A DNA stretch of 64,000 bases from Oopsacas minuta (Eukaryota; Animalia; Porifera). The notes beneath the pieces were generated by a model, which saw nothing but the letters and a program-made list of their open reading frames with translations, was not told the origin of the DNA and made no database searches. Made by a program: the position numbers and the translations under genes. The DNA lies in contig JAKMXF010000335.1 in NCBI GenBank assembly GCA_024704765.1, positions 1-64,000 on the forward strand. The letters run 5' to 3'. Position 1 is the first letter of the stretch; each line of letters opens with the position of its first letter. Shown here one piece after another: positions 22,174 to 34,100 of the stretch.

Positions 22174-25100
22174 TCACACAATTGGTAAAGTGGTGGTAGA
22201 ATCGATTGGAGTGAATTTAAACTTTGTACGGTGAAGTGAGTTACGGAAACATGTCCAGTAGAATAGAAATAAGGATATTATAAACATACCTACAGTAGGA
22301 GAAAGATTGAATAAATACATTACAGTGAAAATTCTATAAGTGAAAATAATAGAATAAATATATTCGTACTCTATCTATGTTGATCCAGGAAATATCCAGA
22401 CATGCCCAAAAATTGTTGTTTAGTTTGCATGCTTGTGCTTTTTATATTTGAAATTCTGTATACATAGATAACTCATTTCGTTTTTGGATCCATGAAGCTC
22501 GAATGGATAGATCATAGATGCCCTAATAGCATGAATGATGTGCGAAATCTAGCAGTCCAATTATATGAAAATTGGTAGAAATGTACATTTGGGTCAGATA
22601 TCTATACCTGGGTAAGAATTTTTCGAAATTGAAATTTGAGAACTTTTGTAATTAATCATATTTTCACATTTCTATTTAAATTCAAAAGCATGCTAGAGAT
22701 TAGTTTTCAACATGTTGTCAGGGATAATCGAGTACGGTATGTAGATTCCAATTTTGACAATTTCAAATCAACATACAGTAGACTAATCGGGTCACTTGGC
22801 TCGAAACAGAACCATACAAATAGTACTTAATTATTCCGGTTAATCGCAAATATCCTGCTCCCGATGTGACCCTATTAAGAGGAGTCTGCTGTATATGATT
22901 TATCATATGATCACTCGTAAATTCGCTCGTTTTCGCATAAATTTCAAACATGATAGTAGAAGTTTCGTTTCAACGACTAACCATTTGAGAGAGAAATATC
23001 AAACATGTTTACATACCAAGCACCAAGTGCAAAATATTTCCGAAATTAATCTGGAAATGATTTGAAATTTTTATATCAAAAATTCAACCTATAAAACTCA
23101 CAAATAGGGAATAAGTAAGGCAGTTTAAAATCTTTATCAACTTTAGAAGAGAACACGAGACCAAATGTTAGTTTCCCATCATCGTCTTCTACATACTCTT
23201 TCAGACCTCTGTTAGGGAGCTGGAAATCATCTAGACCGGATGCTATAGGTCTAGGTCTGTTCCATATTATTTGGCTACAAGATTCAGCACTGTGTTTCAC
23301 TCCTGGATTATTAGAATCTAGGATCTAAGGAGAGCAATAATAACAAAAGTATAAATTGAAAAATCAGTCATGAGCCCTGGAAATTCGTTTGAATATCCAA
23401 AAGCGTAAAATTTCGGTTCTTTGGTATTCATATAGTCTCCTGTATATCAAAGCCAAATGTCTAATGAATTGACTCAAGCATTCAATGCTCATCCGTGAGA
23501 GAACAATAAAATTGGAAAATGGATATCGAGTTAACTGCGTCGATTTCCAATCGTCAAGTAAATGCCCATAGCACGACGAGTTCATTGAATAGTGAAGCGA
23601 GCTAACAAGAGAAACGAGCTAGTTTATATCATTTAGTGATTTTAGTATACCCATTGTAATAATACTCAATACGAATTGGAATAGACACCGAGTTATTAAG
23701 TGTCTATAGTGTTTGTTGTATATGATACCAAGGGATAGTGTAATCAATAACTTAGGTTACTCAGTGTATGTTCTTGCCTATTCCAGTTTTCAGATTAAAA
23801 ACCTTTGACAACAAAACCTAAATATGCTCTAACCTTAGAAAATATGTGTAGCTCACTCTCAGGAGATCTAGTGGGTAGAGGGAAGTTAGGTTGTACTCCC
23901 TGTACTTGTGTAGAAGCAACTAGATCTGTAACATTATCTCCTAAAGTGTAGTCTAGCATACGTTTCATTAGCCACATACATTCAGGATGAAAGTCAGTGC
24001 TATCAAAGCATGAAGAATCTCCAAATGTGATGATACGTCCTGAGGTAGTAGCTGCATCTGAATAAGGACATTAATAGTGTAATAAATTAAAATAGATAAA
24101 GTCATTTCTGTAGAAATTAACGACCAAAGAAATTTATGGAATTTTGAATTGCGGTAAACAGTATATACACATATTAGTGTTGTATTCAGCCGAGAAGCAG
24201 AAGGTTGTTTGATATTATTTGCTATTTTTCAGCTAGGTTTAGAGAGTTTAAAGCAGTGGTTCTCAACCAGTATGCTATGACATAGTGGCAAAGATCGTTT
24301 TCGAGTGTGTCACCAAATTTTCACTGACAAAAAGGAGTTATTCAAAATGTTTTAAGGGGCTACGTTTTCTGGCACTCTAGATATGAAAGTCCAAAGAACC
24401 AATATGATATAATACTTAACACCTGATATTAATACATATATTATTTCATCTTTAATTATATTGGAAGACATCGTTACAACATGCATTTTACTGATGATAA
24501 AAAGGGATACACAAATTTCAGTAAAACACTTAAAAGTCCACTAATCCGGTCCCAAGCTCAAGACTCTCTAGACTATCAGTTGAGCTGTTTGTGCGCCAAA
24601 AATATCCAATACATTTCCTGAAATAAGATTGGCTAGATTCCCAAACGGAGTATTCGTTTCTAAACTTTGGAGTTGGTACATCAGCTCTGTAAACGATTCA
24701 ATACTTCCGTATTCATCTTCAAAGGTCCTTCTACATCATCTAGCGACCAGTAAGTGAAATTGGAATGTAGCAACATTTCTTGTTCAATAATTTCCTTGCT
24801 GGAGAGTCGATTCATAATATTATTAATTCTTGTTGACATTTTAAGGGTATATTAACTTACAGAAATATCAGCCAATGTATACATTCTCAAATTTAAGAAT
24901 AATGCAAAAACTTTAATGCTCATATTATGTAAAATGTCCTAGTAGTACATGTATCAGTGTTATGTATGTACATAAGAATATAATATCTTAAAAGCTACAA
25001 AAACATACGGTTTACATAACTATGTCTGCGCATGTTTGAAAAGAACCAAAAAAAGTATATGAATAATGTACGTAGTATTAGTGTATTTGATATTCGGTTG

Positions 25101-28100
25101 AATAATACTGAATAGTATCAGTATTCGGTAAGGCAGCTTATTCATGGATACTGATATTCGGTTAGAGCGGTTCTAATATAGGTAAAATTGCATATCCTCT
25201 CTCAAAATATATGGAAGTACATCGATAAATATGAATGTAAATATCAAAAGAATGAAGAAATCAATTGAAGCATTTGAAGAAATGTCAATGGCGTTTGTCT
25301 AAAGAGCAATAATAATCGTTCCGCCTGTGGACACCAATTGGCCGGAACTTCCATATACAACAAAAGCTTAATTTAACACCTAAATAAATTACATTTCCTA
25401 TTTAACTAACTAGTACTAACAAAATGTGTTCACCACTAGCAACAATCCGAGCTGATATTTATAAATTATAGAAAACATTCTGCTGGGTAATACGTAAACT
25501 TTTCTATAAACCGATGCTATGAAGGACGATGAGGCAGTGCATTTAGACCTTAATACTTGTAGCTATTGGGCTCGTAGATATAGTTAATCAGGCATTGGTA
25601 TTTGTGTTCAATATTTAATAGTATAGATTACGTGTTACACAGTAAATATGTAATTTACAGGGATAAAATGTAGAATAAAAAAATTATAGAAAAAAGGAAT
25701 TGTTGAAATCTCAGTTGGTAAAGGCGGTTTAGGTGTTATTATCTCCGTGATGGGGACAGTTAGCATAGGTTCAGTAAATGCTAGGCAATCGTTCATTATA
25801 ATGCCACGAATTGCGGCTGATTTGATCATAACAAATAGCAAGTTGTCTCTTTATATAGTGATTGGTGCTTAGACTTCTTGAATTGTATTTAAAAGTCGAC
25901 TAATCCGGTCCCAAAATCAAGACTATTTACGGAATCAGTTGAGCTGCTTTTGGCCCAAAAATATCTGATACATTTCTGGATATAAGATTGACCAGATTCC
26001 CAAATTGAATAATTGTTTCTAAAGTTTTGAGTTGGCATATCAACTCCGTTCAATGATGCAATGCTGTCGTAATCATCTTCAAATACATCATCAGGTCCTT
26101 CTACATCGTCTAACGACCAGTAAGTGAAATTAGAAAGTAGCAACCTTCCTTGTTGAATAATTTCGTTGCTGGAGAGTCTGTTCATGTTATTATTAATTCT
26201 TGTTAGTAGTTGATTATTTTATAAAAATTCAGGCATTTATACATCCTCAAACTCAGGAAAGAGCTAAATTGTCAAAGATTTATTACTTTTACTTTCAGGA
26301 TTTATCATAAGTTTTTACTATCACTATGGTAATGAAAGATCTTCACTAGCCACAACAACTACGTTCGTGCGTATATTGCTTTCAGCCATGTATTTTATGG
26401 AGTATATTACTATATGCTAGCGTCATTAACTGTGTTATCAATATCTTGTGGGGATGCATATGTATAGTGTGACCTTGTGAAATGCAAACTGGGACATAAG
26501 AAATAGACTCTAAATAATATAATATACGGAGATGAAATAGTAGCCTAGAACAGTTAGGGATATTTCAAAGAAGTATTCAATCTTATTGGTTAAGAAAGAA
26601 GACATGATGTGAATATTTGATGGGAAATGAGGTAACAGTAAACTGTTAAGAACAGAAGTTTTGTTGTCAGAAATTCCAGTGCATTTATCAAATCACCAAT
26701 AATAACGTAAGTCACATAAAAACGGTTGCTGCTTAAACACTTGTTACAAGCTAAAGGGTAAGGCTCATAGATGATCTGAGGGTCACGTAACGCAATTTAT
26801 ACATCCATAATTCACTCCGGCAGGGGTGTATCAACTCATTTTCCTGAATGAGTTGGTGTGATCAAATGAATGAATTAAATGAATTGGTAGTTATCGAATG
26901 TATGATTTAAAAATTGAATGTTGTTGGTATATACTACAAAGTATACGAATATTCGAAACCTTGAAATGATCGTAGAGACTTGCTATCAGCAATTTTATGG
27001 GGTAACCATGTGAGCTGAATCCGAATTACGCATTATCAAAATTCTATTATGTAAATTTATTATTGTTTTTAACTTTATTTCAATATATATATAAGAAATA
27101 TAGTAGATATTTGCCAGAAGTACGACTCATGCTGCTACATACATTTGTAGAAAATAAAACTGGGAAATATTGTACGTATTATTTTAGGAAAAGTAATTTA
27201 ATCTCTACATGCAGTCATGCTAATAATAATTATAATTATCAGATTAGTCATTCGTCATTCCTACAGCTAACAGTCCATGGAATAGCAATTGACGCGTATA
27301 CTTGATTATAATCAAGATAGATAATTTATATTTAGAATTCACAATAAGGTCAAATGATTTGGAAACAGTTTAGCCAGTTAGTAGTATTCAAACAAGAGAC
27401 TTTCAATATTCAAATGTTGATCTTTCGAAATAATTTGACTTGCTGAGGAGTAAACTCGTACTCTTAAATACATCTCGCCTGAAACTGAAATAGAATTCTT
27501 AGCAGCTTCGATTATACAAGAAATAAAAATAGGGCCGTAGCTGTCTAAGTAAAACGTGTAAGGATATGAGGACATTAAGTGGTTAGACCATGGCCGTACC
27601 AGCCGGGCAGCTGCACCGCTTCCTAGCGCCATGATATAGCATACTTGTAGCTATAGGACTGTTTTTGTGAAAATTTAAAATGAATAGTTTTCTCATAAAA
27701 CAGCTGTTGTATAAAATTGTATGCAATAGTGCAAGCTGAGTAGCTACCTTTAATTATGCACTAACAATATAAATTGAACAATAGAATCCAAACATTCTGG
27801 TATGTTAAGTAAAAAAACATGCCATTGGTACTATCAAACTCATCACGACGCTAATGTCAGACATTTCTACATTCTTATATATGAAAAATTCATTTAACTA
27901 AATGTTGAGTGATGAAAATCTTGTAGTTTCTGTTCGTGCCAATCACTAGTACCAGTCATTAGTTGTTGCTTGATTGGCGTCAGGTGTATATACTTTCAAG
28001 TCAATGAATGAATTTAGAGTCAAATTTCACTGACAAAAATCAAGAAAATAAAAAAATACAATAATGAATTAACAACCATAAAATAGCAGATTTTTTAAAG

Positions 28101-31100
28101 TTTCCACGTCAACCGAAAATGTGTTTTGTACCATCGCTAATAGAATTAATACGTACTTTACATAATACGCGATATAAAATTAGTTCCTATTGAAGATTAG
28201 AGTTGCTGGAAAACTGTATAGTAGTAAGTTTGACCAAAACTATTTGACGAATAGTTAGGTATGTTAGGCTGTGGAGCAAAAATGCAGTGTTAATCGTATA
28301 GTAGTTCTATCTGAGTGGTTTATTACTTCATCCGAACAGTTCAATATTTGGCGAATAGTTGATAAAACTTAATATTCGTTTGAGTGTCTATAATTCAAAG
28401 GGCTTTTCCTCCCAGAAATCTAGGTTGCTAGATGCCCTCCAGCAACATATTTGGTGATTCTGGGTGATGTGAATCATGGGAAGTGAGGGGATATTTGTAC
28501 ATGGCAAGTTGGCAACCTAGGTTGCTGGTTAGAAAATTCAAATTGAAATACACTTGGTAAAGTTAAACGATATCCAATTTTCGATTTCACAAAGGGTATT
28601 TATGCACGAGTTTGACAATGAGACCAAGGATGGATAGCTTAATAGTTAATTCTCATTTTCGATTGTTGCATTGTGTTATGATGTCAGCATTGAATTTGAC
28701 ATTTTATCTGTATACAGTTTGAACCTCGTTAATACGTACACCAAGGGACCATCGAGATTTGTACTCCCTATCCGGAGTAAGTATTAACAGGAGTAAAAAC
28801 AATTGAATATCCATTGTACGGACTCAAATTGTGTAAAATTCTGTTCGTCTTTTAACCGGAAATTCGTATTAAATAGATTCGTATTAACGAGGTTTCACTG
28901 TATTTACATGATTTATCATATGATATACTATATTTTCACGCCTTTAGGCTTACGTATACTTTTAATTATTTAATAATTTGGTTCTAACGTGTAATGATTA
29001 TCCATTGGGTAGAAACATGACCCACATACCTGAGTTTTGTCTCCTAGTCTATTGGTTTGAGATTTTTTAGAAGTTAAGGAGTTGGTTAAGGATAATAAGT
29101 TTTCCGCCAACTCTAAATTAGCTGAGTTTTGCCTTATCCGACAAAATTTTTCAAATAACCTGAAATTGAATAGAGCCTCCAATACTCAGTCAAACCTGCT
29201 TAAAGGCCACCACAGTATAACTGTCACCTGCAAATAACAGCCACTCAAATAATGTCCCATGGTACGATTTTAATATAAATCTACCTTTGTATAGCGTCCA
29301 CTTTTGGCCAGACTCTTGGTTGGCCATTATAGACAAGTTTGACTGTTTACAAATTTTCAAACTATTTACTTATGCATACTAGTTAAGACAGCTCAAAAGA
29401 ATTGTAGACAGTTTTCTTCTGACACACAACAATAATGTATCCTGTGTTGTCTAGTGCTATATCACGTGGGTAACTGAACTCCCCGAGACCCTAACCATTC
29501 TCCCTAAACTTGTGTATCTGTTCTCCTTCTTGATTGAATATGTACACACAATGATTGTTGTAGTCACTCATAACTATGTTGTAGTCACCGTCTATGTCAA
29601 AACAGTATGGATAGCTTGTTTGTTTGCCATCATATCTAGTTATCAGTCTGTTGGTTAGGATGTGATCTGAATTGGATACAAACATAAACGGATCATTATA
29701 ATCTAGCACCAATACTTTGTCTCTTGTAACCTTAACGTCACGAGGATGGTTAAACGAGCCTATTCCTAGCATTGAATGGAACTTGAGTTCTTGAGTTAAG
29801 ATTTGAACTCTTTTATTATCATAATCACATACGTACACATTGTTATTTCTAGCAGAGACATCTAGACCGCGTGGATTGTAGAACTTAGCTTCTCCAGTCC
29901 CGCCACTACCAACACTCTTGATTAGTTTCCCTTCTAACTCATAGCTATTGATGCAATTACCATACCTTTGTGAAACAAACACTTTATTATGAGATATACA
30001 GATACCTCTTGGACCATACATGTTCTCGCTGAACATGAAGAGATAGTCTCCGTTACAGCTAAATACTTGTACACGATTGTTGTCCATATCCGTTATATAA
30101 ATGTTTCCAGTTTGGTAATGCACTGTTATACTTCCTGGAAAGTTCAGTTCTCCTGGAGCTTTCTTGTCAGAAGATGTCTTACAGCAGTAAACAATGGGCA
30201 TTTGTATAGCCTTGTAGTCAGGTAAAACAGGCTTCACTTGAGGAGAGAAGGTGCGGGTGGGAGATATGTTAGTCTGACGGTTAAGCTTAATACTCCCTAG
30301 CTGTTGTATGTCAGTCTCGAATTGATTATGCCATTCAAATTCAATACAACTGTCTGTCTCAGCTGTTAGTTCTGTTATCTTCTTGTTGATTAATGATATA
30401 ACTCCATCTAGAGTGTCCTTAAGTTCGTTATTTGTTAATGTATCTGAAGTAATCGATTTATTTGAATTCAAAGTCTCAACCATTTTATTTATTTTCTGAG
30501 TTTTGCTATTACAATTTTTCTCTATCTCATCAATGTGAGAGAGGAGATTACTCTCTCTGAGTTGTAGAGCTTCACGTGACCTCTTGAAGCAGTCTCGAAT
30601 CTTTCTGCTACTCTTTTATTTGTTCGATAAAGTTTCTGTTCATTTCTACGCTAGCCATTTTGTATATTCACATCTGCTTAGGTTTTGAAAGCTTAACTAT
30701 TAATACCCTCATACTGTATATGAGCTCAAATATCATGTAATAATAGCCTATAAAGCTTATTGCTTTATTTGGTGGTCAAATTAATTTACTTTTTTGTGCA
30801 GCTCTTATACGGAAATGTCCTAATGGCATGGACGATGTGCGACGTCCTTACATCCGCCCGTCCGCGATGTTCTGAGAAATCTAATGGTTAGATTGATATG
30901 AAAATTCGTAAATGACTACATTTTGCACCTTGGGTATGACTTTTGAATTAATCAGATATAATTAATTTGTTGTTTTTATGAGCATAAAGAAAACAAATAT
31001 TTCTAATCACAAAATATACGAGACCTGCTCTCGACGGCTAACAGGGGTAACTAAGTACGCTACATCCGAATTTAGAATTTACAAGTTTCTCAAATGTAAA

Positions 31101-34100
31101 TTTATCAAATCTAATTTCATAAATGTTACTATTTATACTGTTCTTGATTGGAGGCACGATTTACTGAGAGCTCATTGGGCATTGGACATGTGGAACTGCT
31201 CATTGGACATGTGGAACTGAAACAAGTTCTCATTAACAGGGTCCTAATTCAAGTACACTAATCTATCAGCAATCAATTTAACACTCACCTTCCAACAGAG
31301 CTAATATTGCTATATCATCTACCTCCTTTATAGACTCAGTAGTAACCTCTGCTACCTGATCATGTAGTGTTACAGATAGTACTCTAGCATGAGATGGATA
31401 TCTAGCTAGAGAACTACCTGATAGGTAGGGGAAGTCTCTTGGCTTAGTATTATCATCTAGAGTGACGTCAGGTAATGAGTATGTTCCCGCGTATATCCTG
31501 TCACTGAATGCTAGTCCGAACTGTGTGAGGAGGTCATTAAGTGCTGGGATGTTAGAGCCTCCTGTAACTGGACTCCACCATTGTTGTGTGTTCTCATCGA
31601 AGAATTTTATTGTCTTCATTACCTACAGGGAAATTCTATTATAAATATTATGAATGAATACTACTAAGGATCTGTGAAGACAAAAGTCATATTTTGGCAC
31701 ACATTGTGTATAAGATAGACAGATAGAATTCGGATAATGCAGTACACTTGGATAGTACATATCAATTTTTGTTCCTGAAGGGATAGGTTATATCCGAGTT
31801 CCACAGTTTAAAACTCTAATACAGTAGACTCCACTTAATATGGTAACATTAGGACCAGGTCATTCTGACCCGATTAAGTAGAAATGTGTTGACTCTATTA
31901 ACCTCTGAGTAATTTAACAATATTTGTTCTAGCCAAGTGGCCCGATTAACCAGTGTTCTGAACGCTATCATCCAGACACTGGCTACAATTTACTCGACGT
32001 TAACTGTGTTGGTAATGAGACTAGTCTACTAGACTGTCTACATAGGTACTGTTCTGACTACTTTGAGGGTTATTGCCCTGTTGATGAACATGTTTACATT
32101 TCATGTGCTCCATATATTTGTGAGTACCATTTCTTTCCTCTTTCAAATTAATTAAGTTTACAATATAAAAATTACAGGCAAATGTAAGTATTATTTCGTT
32201 TTTGGTAGAAAAATGGCTTCATTGGGTATTGATTAGAGGAATATTCGGACAATTCAAAGAGCATTCGCTTTAGTCCTGACTAGTAAGCTATAACAGACTA
32301 ACACGCCAATCATCGTATACCATACTAGCAAACGGATAAATTACGTATTTGAGTAGAACATATTTCCCTAATCAGCTAATGGAATACATTAAGAGGACAT
32401 TAATATTAATATTAACAGAATCAATGAATTATTTAGTAATTATAGAACTTATTAGGCTGCTTTAGGCACTGGACACAGTGATAATATAATACAGCTAATA
32501 TAATGGAAGCTCGAATAATTCGATTGTCGCGAATTTTACTTTGCCGATTTCCGTTAGCCGAGTTCGTATGGAGTAAGTTGGCCCAATTATGCTATTCCAT
32601 TTAAAAGATGGCTAAATGAAATCGATGAAATATAATTCATTAATCAACTGACAGTTTGGTTAGTCGGGTAAATATGTATTCAAACAAGAAAAGTATTAAC
32701 AAAACCGCGAATCAGCGAGATATTTCACAATATCAGAGTGTCATGGCCGCTGAAACGTGAAAATCGGAATTGTATTGCTATTTGAATGCCAAATTATTAG
32801 CTAATCTGTTACACCCAATAAAATTCTAAATCTGCCCATATTTGCACTGCTATTATCATATACGACTAGGAGCTGTTCAAACCTTACGCAACGTAACAGG
32901 GGTGTAAAGTGTGACACTCTCATTCTTTTTGTGTTACAAGAAGCGTAACACAGGGAGGGACCTTGGAGGGGTCAATTTTTCGGGAATTTTGCATTACGTA
33001 ACGTTTGAGTGACCCCTTACCCAATATCAGCTTGAAGAACAACTAATAAAGTATTAAATAACATTGTGTATAAAGAAACAAGAGTTCATCCCTAGGTTCA
33101 ATAAATGAGATATTCATAATACATATGCAGAGTGAAACCGAATCAAAATACAAATTACATTAATATTCAATATTGCAAATTACACAAACGTCACTATCAA
33201 ACCAAAATAGCATACAAACAATACAATGTGGTTGCAGGTGCAGGAAACATTACGCCATCATAATGATATTATCACACAAATTTCAAAGTATGTCTAGGTA
33301 ACCATGATTACAGGTTACTGAATTTGATATTATACATAAATGTACTATTCCTTATTAATTAAGTGTATTGTGTAAGATTGTTATTATTAGTATGGCGTGT
33401 TATTCAACAGAGGATAGTGAGATAGGAGATATCAGAGTTGATGAGTTGGAGAGTCTAGTATTCGTAGCAGGCGGTAGAGGCGGGTATAGACCTGATTTGT
33501 TGCTGGCTAAAATGACAAATGTAGAAGCAGAGATGTTAGTTTGTAATTGCTGCAATGGTATCACATGGGAAGCTTGTATTACTGATGAATTGCATAAAAC
33601 TGGCTGTAGAGATTGTCTTAAGATTAGTGGACTAAATGCAAGGCCTTGGGAGAAGGGAAGGAAACTGGTAGAAGGACTGGCTTGTAAATGCCCTCTGGAT
33701 ATGAGAGGGTGTGCTTGGACAGGGCATCTGAGGGATCTAGGTGGTCATTGGGATGAATGCTTTAAGAGAAGGAAAGAATGCACACTTAACTGTAAACAGA
33801 TAATAGCACAAGATTGCATTGCAGCTCATGTACAGAGATATTGTCCTAACCGAGCAGTTACATGTCAATACTGTGGTAAGATTGTACAAGCTAGAATTAT
33901 ATCAAATCATGAGGCAAACGTGTGCATGGAAATACCAACTCCATGTCCAAAAGGCTGTGGATATCAAGTACCAAAGAAAAGCGTATCAGCGCATATACAG
34001 ACTGAATGTAATTGTGTCGGTATACCGTGTGTGTTCAGAGAAATAGGTTGTGATGTTAGTGTTAATAGAGGTGATATGCAAGAGCATTTGCTTGAGGACT

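Noticed and set aside
27378-27632. 84-aa ORF
   Set aside because: Its 5' end overlaps a GC-rich transposon-end-like sequence and the peptide has no recognisable features.
18469-29493. Stop-codon reassignment (TAG read as Gln)
   Set aside because: TAG terminates clear genes (lipase at 9792), one interrupting TAG aligns to an aromatic residue, and CAG-to-TAG is the commonest nonsense change.
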